Origin: Camelus dromedarius
Lineage: Eukaryota
NCBI RefSeq assembly: GCF_036321535.1
Contig: NC_087436.1
Span: forward strand, 55,058,001 to 55,122,000
DNA length: 64,000 nucleotides
Reading direction: 5' to 3'
The notes under the pieces were generated by a model. The model saw only the letters and a program-made list of their open reading frames with translations, was not told where the DNA came from and did no database searches. Position 1 is the first letter of the stretch. Each line of letters starts with the position of its first letter. Position numbers and translations under genes: made by a program. Positions 49,962 to 63,524 of this stretch are shown one piece after another.

Positions 49962-50235
49962 TGTGGTGGGAAGCAGAATAATGGTCTTCCAAGATGTCAA
50001 CATCCTGATCCCTAATCCATGTGAATGTGTTACATGGCAAAGAATTATGGTTATAGATAAAATTAATGTTGCTAATCAACTGACCTTCAAAAAGGGGTTT
50101 ATCCTGGATCATCCAAATGGGCCCAATTTGCAATCATAAGGGCTCTTAAATTGGGAAGAGAGAAGCAGAAGGTTCAGAAGGAGAGTGATGTTATCTTGAT
50201 AAATACTTGGCTTGCCATTACTAGCTTTGAAGATC
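49962..50235 (+). mobile_element. MLT1D-like MaLR LTR, 5' part
   Basis: tgtggt...gcagaataatggtc..ccaagatgtc...gttgctaatcaactgacctt...ttatcctggatcatccaaatgggccc...gctttgaagat. Confidence 0.85.
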
Positions 50236-50736
50236 CATGTGTATGTATGTCATCTCCTTCTCAGCAATGTGGACTGTGTGGTCAGATTAGATCCAAGACT
50301 GGGGTGCAGAGAAAGCCAGGGAGAGAGCCAGAAATGGAACTCAGTTGTTTGAGATGTGACCTGAGCTTGAGTGTCCACGTTCTCCTGGTGCATCCAACAC
50401 TTGACACTGTACAAGAGAGTTTATTTGACTGAAATGGATTATTACCACACAGTTGCTTGCTGTTCTCATATTCAGCTGAAACTACAGTTGCTGTTTGGTC
50501 CGATGCTTTATCTTGATGTAATTAATTGCAGTCATGGTAGCACAAGTGGAATCCACTTTACACACATGGCTCAAACGCCAGCTGCTGTATATAGAAATGA
50601 ATACTTGGAATGGGGGTGTGTGCTTTGGTCTTAGAGATACCTTGAAATGTATTGCTGGAAAGCGTTTTCACAGATAAACAGAGGCAGGGAGAAATAATTC
50701 TGGTAACGTGGACCTAATATCTCTCCTGATACTGTT

Positions 50737-50794
50737 GGTGTGGGAACAGCCACCTGCCACAGCATGCTGTGTGGCAGTGTGAAGTTCCCACATT
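50737..50794 (+). ncRNA. Candidate 58-nt stem-loop of pre-miRNA size (unvalidated)
   Basis: TGTGGGAAC/GTTCCCACA, CAC/GTG and CTGCCAC/GTGGCAG pairings around the palindrome cacagcatgctgtg. Confidence 0.2.
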
Positions 50795-52369
50795 CCTGAG
50801 CACTAGCACTGCCACTCATCTGGTATGTCTCTGAGGCACTGAAGCAAAACCTCCTGGGCAGCCACTCTGTGCTAGGTCTGCTCCTTTAGCTCAGTGGTTC
50901 CTGATTTTTGGAGTCTATCTTCTTTTCCATCCCACTCTTAAATTAGCCCTTTGTTACAAAGGAAAAATAAAAGAAGTAGAACAAAACACACTAAAAATAG
51001 TCTCTCTGTTCATCTCTCTCTCTCTTTCTCTTTCTCCCTGATTAGGGAGTCTTTTTGTTAGAAACAAAGCTGTCTGTTTCCTGCTTCCCAGACAGGAGAG
51101 GGGATTCTGCACTCAATCCTGAGGGGAGGATGGGGGCAGGGGCATAATGTGTCAATTGACTTCTAAGAAAGTAGACAAAAGAGAGAACAAAGAAAGTTCA
51201 AGTTTTTATGTCAAAATACATTATATATTCATATAGCTCTACACCCTGCTGACATCAATCAGCTTTAGACTCAATCCAGAGCATTTTACTTATTGGGAAC
51301 AAAACGATGGTGTGCATTAAGTAGTAAACATTCCTGGAAATGGGGACTGGGAAAATTGTGACCCAAGGACAAAATGTAATCCAAATGCAACATTCTTTTC
51401 AGTCAATGCTCACCTTCCTGGATAATGAAATGTAATAGGTTTCTCAAGAAGAGTCAATATATGTATACCATTTAAGCCTTTGGCAAATATTTCTCTCATA
51501 AGTAAGAAGATAGCCTTGCAAATTTTTTTTTTTTGCACCAGGGCATTTTAATTTTTATATTGTTTGCTTTTATATGAAAGTCTTGCTGTTACTTTATTAT
51601 AATAAAAATAGTCTAATTATGTGATAACTATGTGGTAACTTCTTGTGCATTGTGCTAGATTATAGTAAAAGAGGAAATATGAGTTAAAACTGGATCATAC
51701 CAACAACATTTGGATGTTTGTGAAAGAGCAGTGCTTTGTGTTTCATGTAGATAGAGTAGCAACTATTTTGTTATCACCTTAAACTATAAAAAATTTAAAA
51801 TATATTAAAAAATGATATGATGCATCAATAATATGATTTAAACTTCCCAGCAGAAAAATTATGCTAAATATTTATATACTGCCAAGATTCACTTTTATGA
51901 TACAGTACTATAAAATTGTCTTTTTTCAAACATAGTTGGAGACATTGAAATTAGCATACAATATTTTTTTCTTAGATATCTCAGATTAATATGGAACATC
52001 ATTTTCTGTTTCTGAGTAAACAAGTAATGCTATTACAGTGATCTTTTTAAATGTGATAAAATTTTATCTAGAACTAAAGTTGCCTTAGTATATGAATAGT
52101 ATTATATCAATATCAATCAACATTAATAACAATTAGTTAAATAACAAAGTTAACTAAGCATAAAAATGTAAGCAACTTTAAAAAATTATATTTGGAAAGG
52201 TTTGCTATTATTCTTGTATTTATTGAGCAGTTAAATAAATTCTGTTTAAATAAATCCACCTTTCTAGAAGGTAAAGTGTCAATGTTACTCTAAAGTAAAA
52301 AAGAAAGGAAAAATCATTTCTCTTGCTTCCTCTGCGGCTGCTGGGAGATTCTACCTATAATTAAATTAA

Positions 52370-52460
52370 ACTAAACAAATATTGAACGAGTACTTATTGA
52401 CAAAACAGTGTAGGCACTGAGGACAACATAAAGTTAATTATGGTAAGTAACCCATTCCTC
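52370..52460 (-). mobile_element. L2 3' fragment
   Basis: aacaaatattgaacgagtacttat...gtgtaggcactgaggacaac. Confidence 0.55.
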
Positions 52461-53994
52461 TGAATCAGTTCTTTAAAAATTATATCTGTGGCCCATAAGA
52501 TGCAAGTACATAAGAAAGTTGGGTTGATGGATTATTTACTGAATCAACCTTTGCACCACTTTTTTATATGCCAAACCTTTCTGTGCTTTATGTCCCTATT
52601 CAGGTCCTTCAGTCTCATCTTCCTCTTTAATCTCTTTGGACTTCTGCAAGCTTTCTTCATGCAGATTCAACCTCTATAGAACTGGAGTCAGGCTCTCTCC
52701 TTGGCACTACCTAGAACTTCCCACAGCTGGAAGCTGTTCTTGGCAGCCTTCACACTCAGCAACACAAAGCATCCTTGAAAGCCAGGTTTATGGACCCATC
52801 TGTTAGATGTGCCTTGCAGGATACCTGCTTTTCTACTTTATGACAAAACAACAACCTTTTCCTATCTTTTAATATTTAACAAAAACCTCTTCTTTTCTCA
52901 TGTGATTATTATAGAGGTCTTTAAAATATTCTAAAATAATCCATTGATTTTATAGTCTAATAGACAGCTGGGAGAGAAAACATAAAAGAGACAAGCAAAA
53001 AACTTCTTTTTAACCAAGAGTTTAATAGGCCCTCTCTCTCAATCTCTCCCTCTCATTAAAACAGAAAAATTAAGCAATAGGTAGTATAAAGACAAAAGGT
53101 TAATGAAAGAAATAGATGAAACAAAAAGCTACATTAATCCACCCGTGAATTTGCCCTCCCCTTGATAGCAGAGATGACCACTTGTGTTTTGATTTTCAGA
53201 TATGATCTACTGTTCTGAGATCCTGAGATTTAAAAATGGATGCCCTCCATGTTATTGAGGTCACTTAATTAACTAAACAGGGCAAAATGAGTGTCTAAAT
53301 CCTCTGAAGCCCCTTCTTGCATTCTTTGTTTCTTCTTGTTTTGAGATGACTTTCTTAAAGGAGGAGAAAACTATTTCATATTGTTTATACATCTACCTCA
53401 GAGCAGTTAAGATATTGAAATTCTCTATCTTTATTTTTTTAACCTATGCATCAGCCTATGTCAATTTTCCAAAAAAATCTAAGAGGAGTTCTGTTTCACA
53501 AATCACTGAAAATTTTGTCCTTGCTAAGCATCTTTTCATTATAGGTTAATGAAAGCCCCATCTTTTCTCAGTGTCACAGCTTTAATATTTGCAGATTTTA
53601 CACATGTAAGCAAAATAATTTTCATGCAATTATATTTTAACTTACTTTCTCCCTTATAATTTTCTCCGATGTCAATGTTAATTCTTTGACAGTTATATTG
53701 TCTCGTATAAGAGGTTGAAAGGATGAATACAAAATGATGCATTTTTCTCTCATTTTATTGAGAATCATATCTTAGGAGAAAAGATACAGACTTTAAAGGA
53801 AAATAAAATTATAGAATCCAGTTATTTAAAGCTCTATACTCTGACTAGAAGAGCATTCAAAGGACACATTTCAATTGAAATTATTTTAGTTAGAGATTTA
53901 AACAGTCAAGAGAGTCAAATGTATAACTAAGGATATTTGAAATGTGAATGTGCTCTATGAGTACCAAATAAAAGCAAGCAAACAGAATCTGTTT

Positions 53995-54105
53995 ATAAAC
54001 ATTTATTGAGCACAGTCTATGCGAGAGGCACTGAGGTAGTTACTGAGATATCATAATGAAAATACAGAGATGATCATGTTCACAAAAAGATCACAGTCTG
54101 GGATA
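53995..54105 (-). mobile_element. L2 3' fragment
   Basis: aaacatttattgagcacagtctatgcgagaggcactg...tcacagtct. Confidence 0.75.
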
Positions 54106-55489
54106 GAGCCTTGTGCTAAACATCTAATGCTAGCTACTTAATCTTACAGACTCTTGGTCTTCTGACCTTTTAACAAATCGTGATTCACAAAATATTGACA
54201 TAGGAGCATGGAAATAGCCAACATTTCCGGACTAGTTCCCATTTACATTCTGAAAGGCCAACCACAATAACAAAGTTTAAAAAATAATGGAAGCAAAAAA
54301 CACAGATCTAGTCACAGAAGAGAAATTGGTGGAGTGCCTAAAGGAAAGGGGGAAAATGAGATAAGGGGCCTCAGAGCTAGAGATTTAAGTGTAAAAGAAA
54401 CAAAACAGATGAAAATGATAAGTTAGCAAGTTGGGAACCAGATAAGAATGTCTTACTGAGTTAAATTTTGATCTTGATTTAATAAGATAACTCGTGCGCA
54501 CTCTTCCGTGGTAATGATTTCAAATCCTAATAAAAATAATAAATCAGAGAAGGTGACCTGTCATGTTTATCTGTAGCTCCATGGAAATGCTCTCAAGCAG
54601 GTCATAGACCAATTCTGATGAAGGGGAAAAAGGACAGTCTGAATGTTTATGGTGCAGCATTCATAATGAAGAAACAAATCAGCCAGCTATGAATGAGAAA
54701 TATCTATGGACAGAAACTCATGAGGCAAGTGGTTAGGATAGAGTATTTTAATAGAACTCCTTAGGAAAAAAAAAATTCTAATTCCAAACTTAGATAGAAT
54801 TTGCATCTGTGTTAATAAAACATGATGTTTAGTATCTTTAAAAAACAAACGAGGTGTATGATATATTTGCAGAAGGAATAAGATTTGTTTTGGACAAAAT
54901 ATGTAGAATTGGAGAAAGTAATTTTCTATTGAATAATTGAATCTACATTTCTCTTGACTCTAGAGAAGAAATAGTATCTAAATTGCACTGAATAATTATA
55001 AAGATCATATATGTGGGGAAATAAAACACTTATACATGGCAGAAGTGGGGCAATTGCTAAAAAGCACTTTGTTCCAGCATTTCATGAGTCCCACTGATTC
55101 CATTAAATTTTAATTCGAGCAACTGACCTCCAATTACATTGCTTAAACAACTTTAGTTTTTGAGAAAGACATATGGTTATGCAATCTATACTTACATAAT
55201 AAGAGACAACTACTCTGAGAAGAAAAAAACAATCTATTTGTTCCCTCTGATATGGCGATTTTCTACCAGACCATTATAAAGATCATTGTGATTTGTTAAA
55301 ATAAAAAGTGTTAAATTGAGCCATTTGACTAATGTTAGTAAACACTGGCTATCTTGTATTCTTCTTCACATCATTATTCATAGTTTAAGCTAACCCACAA
55401 GTTATTCTCATTTGACAATTATCCATTTATTAAAAGTTACAGGTGATAGGGTAATATTGAAGCCTAATAATTAAAAGTAAGATAAAACT

Positions 55490-55852
55490 GATTCATTTAT
55501 TCCCTTTGAACAAATATTTACTGATTGCCAACTATATATCAGGCAGTATTTCAGGTGAATAGAATACAGAAAAAAAAAAAGAGCTGATAAAATCTATGTC
55601 CTTCAAGTGCTTTTATGTTAGTATGTGAAGGGCATATAATAAATATCTAATAAATGTAGTGGTAAATAATTACTCAGAATGAAGCAAAAAGGAAAATAAA
55701 GAATGTGTGAAAGGGTGATATGATATTAGATGGAGGTCAGGAAAGCCCTCACAAGAAAGTAGTATCTGCTCAAAGACTTATTATAAGTGAGGAAGCAAGT
55801 CATACAGTTGTGCAAAGGCCCCCTTGAAGTGACAGAAAGCTTGAGGTTTGGA
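55490..55852 (-). mobile_element. L2a 3' end
   Basis: attcatttattc...aacaaatatttactgattgcc...ggtcaggaaagccctc...gtgcaaaggccc. Confidence 0.85.
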
Positions 55853-55854
55853 CA

Positions 55855-57000
55855 CCTGCTGTGTATGAGTATGCAGTTTTTTCCATAATTTTACCAGCAG
55901 TTGATACTGTCATTGTATTAGTCCACTAGGTCTACCACAACAAAATATCACAGATTGGCTCACACAGCAGCAGTTTTATTTTCTCATGAGTTTGGAGTCT
56001 GGAAGTCTGAAATTAAGATATCCACAGGGTTGGTTTCTTCTTGACTTGTAGATGGCCATCTTTTTCCTGTGACCTCCCATGGTGTCTCCTCTGTCTGTGT
56101 GTGTCTGTGTCCAAATTGCCTCTTCATATAAAGACTCCAGACATACTGGATTCAGGCTTACCCTAATCACTTCATTTTAACTTAACTACCTCTTTAAAGA
56201 CTCTGTCTCCAAATACAGTCACATTCTGAGGTGCTGGAGGTTAGAACTTCAGCATAGGAATTTTGGAGGACACAATTCAGTCCATAACAGTAGTCTTTTC
56301 AATTTTAGCCTTCCTGATAGAAATTATCCCACTGTAGTTCTAATTTCCATTTATCTGATGGAATGAGGTTAAGGACCTTTTTACATATTTTGTAGTCCTA
56401 TTTTATTTAACCTTTTTTTGTGTATGTGAAGTGCAGGATTAGTTACTTTGCTCATTTTTCTTTTGTGTTTTCTTTCCTTTTTTCATTGATTTTAGGAGTT
56501 CTTTATATTTTCTGGACGTGAATCCTTTGTCAAATGTGACTTAGAGATATTTTCATCAATTCTGTGGCTTACTTTTTATTCTCTGAATAGAATCTTTTGA
56601 TAAATGGAAGTTCTTAATTTTAATGTGGTCCAAATTATCAGTCTTTTCTTTAAGATTAATATTTATTTTGTCCTATGTAAAAAATCTCTGAATCCTCCCC
56701 AAGTCATGAAAATATTCTTCTATTTTTTTAAGAAGCTTAACTGCTTTACATTTCACAGCTAGGTCCATTTTATTTAGTGTATAGCTGTAGGTATGGTACA
56801 GTCTGATTTATTTTCCTATATTATATCTAAATATTCAGCACCATTTATTAAAAAGACCATTCTTTCCTCACTGTACTTCGGTAATTATTTTGACACATTC
56901 AGTTACTGTCTATGTATGGATCTTTTTCTCTAATCTTTTCTGTGCCCATTGGTCAGTTTTTCTATCTATGGACCAATGCCATTCTTTCTTAAATTTTGTA
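55855..57000 (-). mobile_element. L1ME-type ORF2 fragment, split by MLT1B
   Basis: aggagttctttatattttctgga...gaagttcttaattttaatgtggtccaaattatca...cagcaccatttattaaaaagacc. Confidence 0.85.
55914..56289 (-). mobile_element. MLT1B MaLR solo LTR
   Basis: tgtattagt...gacttgtagatggccatc...tctccaaatacagtcacattctgagg...gacacaattcagtccataaca; degenerate 5-bp TSD gtcat/gtagt. Confidence 0.9.
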
Positions 57001-57204
57001 AATTTTAAATTATTTGAATAAATTTAATTTTGCCTCATAGTCATTTTATCTAGAGAGTGAAGACAACTTTTACACATTCACACACCATTTTATGTTACTA
57101 GCTTAATAATGTAGCATAAAACTAATAATAATTTTGCATATGACTGTTAAATTTTAAAATACTACTATTTAATGATCTGGAACTTTATATTTTTGAGGTT
57201 ATTT

Positions 57205-57392
57205 ATAAGTATGCATTTTGAGTTTCTCATTACAATATTCCCACAGTGTAACTGGGTATTATTTGTTCCATTTTATATGCAAAGAAACAAAATTTAATTG
57301 CTTCACTTAATGTGAGATGAATCATTATTCAGAATTAAAATTCACAGCCCCTGTTTTCTCATTCTGTTGTTTAACCAGTGAGGCAGGATGCC
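57205..57392 (-). mobile_element. MIR
   Basis: gggtattatttgttccattttatatgcaaagaaac...aaccagtgaggcaggatgcc. Confidence 0.6.
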
Positions 57393-58734
57393 ATCTTAAG
57401 CCATTAGTCTTCCTTAAGAAAATAGAAAGCTGTGTTCCTGGGATCAAATATTGTTTACTGACTCCCATTAACTCTTAATTTACAGTTAAGGAAACTGTGA
57501 ATTTCCTTACTAACTGGATGAGTCATACCTCATGATAAAACTAACTTAGTTACATCTCAGTAATTTATTTTAATTGAGTTCAATAACAACATGTCACAGG
57601 ACCTAAATGTAGAAGAATTCAGATTCTGCCTTTGCTGTCTCTTTTTGATTACTAGATCACACTAATCACCCTTACTGTCCAAATTGACATCTGTATCTTC
57701 TGGAGTATGTATCTTACTCCAGGGATGTAGTCCAATGGCTCTATTTGCATTTTTATCCATATCCCAGAAGTAGTCACATTCCCTGTTTGGATCCCTCTGG
57801 ATGTGAATGAAATATGTAGCCCTCCAACTGTGCCATATGCCAGCATCTGCCTTATTCCAAGTTGTTTCTCCTCAATACATTAATCACATATTTCCTGTAT
57901 TTATTTGGTCTTTGTGCATTTCTCAAAGTTAATTAAGTAACTACTTAGGTATTCTAACCTGTGTATGTATTTATTGGCTCTTATTAGAAGAGACAAATAA
58001 TTAAGTCCAAGATACTGCTTCTACTGGTGATTTTTTGCTCAACTTACAACCCTACAATCAAACATACCTGGGAGATTTATATTATATATATAAATAGTAT
58101 ATATTATATAAATCATAGACTTTGGGTTTATACACACATGTATATAATAGTTCTAATCCTTTTGATGATTTGAGGCCCTAACTGATTTCTTCACCTGTTA
58201 TTCAGTTATTTTATTTATCTGTTTATGTATTTTTACTTAACACTCAAATTTTTCTCAGCATTAGCATTATTTTTCTTTTTCTTGGATTTTTAAATTTTTT
58301 CTGATCAAAAATGACAGAAGGATCTCGGAATACTATGCTTATATGGCCACCATCAATTATAATCTTTTATTTATTAATTGACTTTATGCTTCTTCATTAT
58401 CTGTATCTCCAAATTTACTTTTGCATGTAGGATTGCTACAAAAATAGTAACAGACTGAACACTTGTAAGAAAGACCAAAAGACTCTGAGAAATTCTATTA
58501 AAGGGGATTCAATGTTCCCTCATGGTAAAATTATAGTTTATAGTTCATCAGTGTTTAACTTGTCTTTCACATTTGAGATTCAAAAGTTCATTTAAATTTG
58601 TCTTCAGTGGTGTTGGACAGTTCGTAACTGCAGTTTGCAGGATACTTCTGGAAAAAGACATTAATCTACTTGTAATGAATTTTTAAAATAATATGGGTAC
58701 AGTATCTGGCATGGTAGAATAATCACCTGAATAT

Positions 58735-58777
58735 TATGCTATTATTGTGAATAAATAAATATGCTATTATTATGAAT
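58735..58777. repeat. Imperfect duplication, period 25
   Basis: tatgctattattgtgaat and tatgctattattatgaat. Confidence 0.75.
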
Positions 58778-59316
58778 CTCATTGAAATAAGCAAGTAGAT
58801 ACAAATATTTTGACTGTGGGGAAAATGTCATTATTTGGAATATGGCATTTCTATATAGGATAACACAAGATTGATTTCATGACAAGTTCTTCTACAGCAC
58901 ACATGTGCACACACACATACTACTAGCTTAGAGAAGTTTCAATTCATTTGTTTATAAATAAATAAGTAATGGCTTTTAAAATGTGGCAATGTCTATTCAC
59001 CCTGACCTACCAAAATCTCCTCCTTCCTGTTTGGAATTAGGCTTTTTAATGGTGTATCAGTCTGAAACCATGACTTTTCAATAATTAATCTAATCTGAAA
59101 AAATCTTATTGCTACCTCAAAGACTTAGTCATTATAAATTGTCTCCTTCATATATTAAACCTTACCCTGCAAGAATGTTCTGTCACATTTCCTCCCTTCC
59201 TTTCCCAGCAAATACCGCTAGCATATACCTTAAAAAAGGTTAAAGAGACACATTTCCTACTTACTAAACTGCCCAAGAAGAGGTTGTTGTCCTTTCTCCA
59301 GTTAGCTGTAACTGCT

Positions 59317-59676
59317 TGTCACTTGGATTGAGTTTCTGGAAAGTAGAATTAGATAAGTTTAGTTTATAGGATGTTCATCTAGAAATGTTCTTGAGAAGAA
59401 AGCATAGCTGGTCAGAATGGGAAGTTGAGCTACAATGTAGGCCAAGAAACAGCTACTGCACACTCCTTAGAAAGCTCTGGACCTAAAATGGGACCAGAAT
59501 TAGAATTTTCCAGAACAGGGCCTTTATCCCCCCTGCCTTGAACAGTCCTCTACCTGCAACAGTCCCTCAAGGGGCTGACAGATGAAGGCTGTTTACCACC
59601 AGCAATGCCCAGCAGCTGTGGCAACAAGTTCTTCCTGGAAGAAAGAACTGGGTGACACATCACCATGCCTACCATA
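59317..59676 (-). mobile_element. LTR16A-like ERVL solo LTR
   Basis: gaagttgagctacaatg...agctctggacct...gggcctttatcccc...cccagcagctg; perfect 5-bp TSD ctgct at 59312-59316 and 59677-59681. Confidence 0.8.
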
Positions 59677-60334
59677 CTGCTGTTGGAAATGATGTGAAAG
59701 ATGGTGATTACAATAGTCACCACTGATGGAAGGTTCCTCCCAGACAGCTCCTCTAGATACTAGTGGTCCTTTAAAAGATTTGACTACATTTTTCTGGCTA
59801 ACCTAAGGTTTACTTATAGTTAAAGACCTCTGGAGACATTTCTTTGATGCTCATACTCTTGAACTCGGACACTGGAGGTCCTGTAGACCTGGAGCTGATA
59901 GTGGAGTGAGTGGATAAGACTGACTTGAACTACTACATCATTTAATCTCAAGCTTTATGAGCAATTTCTGTGAGTTTCTCATTCTTCCGCTTCTGTACTG
60001 TCCATACTCGTTCTCCCTCATAGTTCTCCTTTGATATCATCTGTGAGAGTAGAGGATGAGAGAGGAGTACTCTTTCTGCAACCTTCAGTAAGCCCATGCA
60101 AGAATGTATCTGGCCTTTCTGACTTAAAATATAATTTATTAAGAAACATTGTCTCTCAACATGGTCTTAATAACAATTCTCACATTTAATAAAAAATATG
60201 ATTCTGTTACACACTTTTATTTTTATGGCTGCCTCAGCATGTAGGAGATTAACAAACTGGAGAGGTCGGAATTTACCAAAGCTTCCTCTCTTTGGAGATG
60301 TTTTTTATTAATTATTGAATTTAGCTATATCATC

Positions 60335-61215
60335 TGATGGGCTATGAACTGTTTTTACTCTCAGCAGTCCTGAGACCAAATATGTGTGTATTTTCCACAA
60401 TAGCAATCAATTCTCCAACTCTCTGGACACCAACTGGGTATCGTATAATTAAATTCAATTTTGACCCTAACTACCTGGAGTTAGCACAGATCCCACAGGT
60501 TAACAGCTCAGTCCCACAAGACTGCCTCCCTACTTCAGATGCCAGTCACAAGTCCCGGGTTGATATCTATAGTTCTGATCAACCAGCTATAAATTGAGGG
60601 TTTCCACAGCCCCCTCTTCAGGTTCAATAATTTGCTGTAATGGTCTGTAGAACTTGGGTAATAATTTACTGTGCTTGCTGGTTTATTATAAAGGACACAA
60701 ATGAATAGCCAGATGAAGACTACGTAAGGTGAGGTCCAGAAGAGTCCCAAGGGTAGGAGCTTCTGACCCTGTGGAGTTTGAGGCACACCACCCTGCCACT
60801 CCTAGCACATCAACCTGGAAGCTCTCCAAACCATAGTTCAGGAGTTTTTATTGAAGTTTTATTAGGTAGATATAATTGATTAAACCATTGTCCATTGCTG
60901 ATTAACTCAGTCTTTAACCCCTCTCCCCTCCCTTGAGGAAGTGAAGGGTTGACTTTGAAAGTTCCAACCCTCTAATCATGTTTTGGTCGTTCTGGAGACC
61001 AGCCCACATCAGGAAGCTATCTAGGGGCCTCCAGGCACCAGTCATCTCATTAGCATACACAGTGACTCTCCTCACTCCCACTCTGGAGATTCTAAGGGTT
61101 TTAGGAGCTCTGGTTTAGGAATCTGGGACTAGGACCAAATATCATAATAAAAGATGATCTTATCACCTGAATCACTCAGGTAATTACAAGGGTTTTAATA
61201 GCTCTATGCCAAGAT
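60335..61215 (-). mobile_element. MER21-family LTR
   Basis: ggacaccaactggg...actacctggagttag...gctcagtcccacaagactgcc...gaaagttccaaccctctaatca...cagtcatctcattagcatac...aagggttttaggagctc. Confidence 0.9.
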
Positions 61216-61269
61216 TCTCAGATGTTTGTTGCAGAATTTTGTTTAGTTGTGCTTTTTTTTTTTTCAGTG

Positions 61270-61480
61270 AGCATTAGTCAGACCTCCCCAGAGAAATGCA
61301 ACCAATAGAGGGTTTTATATATATGCATATACTGTACATACGTGTATGTGAAGAGATTTACTATAAGGTACTGGTATACACGACTATGTAGGCTGAGAAG
61401 TACCAAGATCTGTCATCTATAAGTTGGAGACCCAGGAAAGCTGATGGTGCAGTTTGAAAGCCCATGAAATGGAGTTCAGG
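61270..61480 (-). mobile_element. MLT2 (ERVL) LTR fragment
   Basis: attagtcag...ccagagaaa...accaatag...gagatttactataagg...aggctgagaagt...tggagacccaggaaagctgatggtg. Confidence 0.85.
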
Positions 61481-61689
61481 AATCATGGGACTGGTTCTCA
61501 AATATTTCCTCTGTAAATTCTGCCTATGAGGGATGTGGATTTAAATTTTCTTATCTTTTTTTTTTTTTGGTATTTTGATGTTTTTTGCAATTTTAATTGT
61601 TATGACTCTTTTGTATGTAAAATTTAGATTCTGAAATATATTCCTCATGTCAAAAATAGCTATTCTAAAATTATGTGGTATTCCAAAGA

Positions 61690-61876
61690 TTGCAGTGTAG
61701 TGTCATAAGAAGCACAGCACCTGGACAGTATGACTTTCTGAGTTACTCATTCTCGCTCAACTACCGGATACGTGATTTGGATAACATACTTGGCTAAAAT
61801 AATCTATTTATAATATGAGATGATGACATGAGATGATATTCAAGATCCCTTCCAGCTCTCAAATTTTTAACTTCTA
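61690..61876 (+). mobile_element. MIR3
   Basis: gcagtgtagtg...gagatgatattcaagatcccttccagctct. Confidence 0.65.
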
Positions 61877-63032
61877 TAAACATAGTAATATTATTCTTAT
61901 CACAAGGATTAAGTACTATGTTCAGAAGAAAGAAAGGTTATAAAGAAGAGCAAGGCTATTGAAAATATTCTTTCTTACCACCACTAAAAGGATTAAGTTA
62001 TAGTAAGAACAAATAATTTATAATCAATATATCTTAGTTAATGTCCTAATTATGCCTCTTGTTTTAACCATTTATAAATTGATATTTCTTGGTAATTTCT
62101 CCAATTTCTATTGCAAGACTTACAATACCCTCAGAAATCTCCCATCCCAATTAATTCTTTGCACTTCCTGTGCATGTTTCAGATAGGAACAGAAATTAAC
62201 ATTTAACTATCTTCAATACTCTGGTCACCTCTAGTAACAGCCACTTCTCACTTAAGCGCTCATATTTGAGGCCATTCTCATAGGTTCTGTTTCTCCCACT
62301 GTGCTATTTACTGTCAGGCATCACTGTCATTGGCTCCCTCTGGGTATCACCATTGGTACTGTCAGTATCCACTGTTTGTGCTTTTTAAAGACCTTTCTTT
62401 GATAAAGTCAATGTGTGAATCTTATAGAAGCTGGCAGTTTTCCTTTCTCTCTGCTTGAGTGTTGTTTTTATCCTCAGGGTACCAAAAGCCTTATTGCTTA
62501 TACTGCAGTATCTTACAAAACTTTTATGAAATAATTTTTTTGGCCCTCTTTTGTAGCTACTGTCACCTACACCCACCATAAATACACATACCATTTCTCC
62601 TTGTCCTTTGCTAAGAAATGTAAGAATGGGTGAAATGAGAGTAAACAAAAATTAATTATTGTGATAAACACATGATAATTTTTTCTTGGATTTTAAGTTG
62701 ATTGCAAGGGAAGAGGAACAAGAGCAGGCATAAGCATATGAAAAACAAAAATTCACGAGTGTGTAGTGTATGTGTACCACTGTGCCTAAGAGATGTGTTG
62801 TTGTGCTATAATACACTGTACATTTAGGAGATGTCATTCAAGAATTAAATCAAGAGGGTGTTGTCTTACAGTAAAGCGGTCTGTATTCATCAGAGGGAGA
62901 TGACTAGGGGATGTACAGGTTATTTAACACATTCATTATTCAATAAACATTTTTTGATGATCGACTGGATAAAGGGTAAAAATACCATGTCAGAGTTATA
63001 TATGATATAAAGCTATATATAGCTATATAGAG

Positions 63033-63524
63033 TGAAGGGGAGAATAGGCCACCCCAAAATATGTCATTTTGGCATATTAATTGTTTTGAATTAAACTTAT
63101 TTAAGAAACACCCAGTGCAAGAAGAACAATCTCACCCCTCTTTGTTCCCCTGAAAGCAAGAAATAAATCCACCATGTGAAAGGTGCCCTCCCTGTGCCAG
63201 GCAGGAGGGAGTTATCCTCATTACCACAGTTAGGAAATTCAAGGCTGAGAAGCCTGTGTAAACAAACCTTGTTACTTCTTCACTAATTTATCACCCCAAG
63301 CCCAAACCTCTTTGTCTTGTCAATTCTTCACAGATTTATTGTTTCTTTGTGTAAAAGGTGTAAAAGCTGCTTGCTTTGGTCATGTCTTTGAATATATTTT
63401 TATGAGCTCCCGTTTGTACAAAATTAAATTTGTTTTTCTCCTGTTAATTTACCTTATGTCAATTTAATTATTAGGCCAGCCAAAAAACCTAGAAAGGAAG
63501 AAGGAAAAGTTTTTCTTCCATACA
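63033..63524 (+). mobile_element. MER34A-like ERV1 solo LTR (492 bp)
   Basis: tgaagggg...gccaccccaaaatatgtcattttggcatatt...aaggtgccctccctgt...ttttctcctgttaat...ttttcttccataca; TSD agag/agaa. Confidence 0.85.

Noticed and set aside
50740..50791. Canonical Notch sequence-paired site
   Set aside because: The two RBPJ sites are 38 bp apart, whereas canonical paired sites have 15-17 bp spacers
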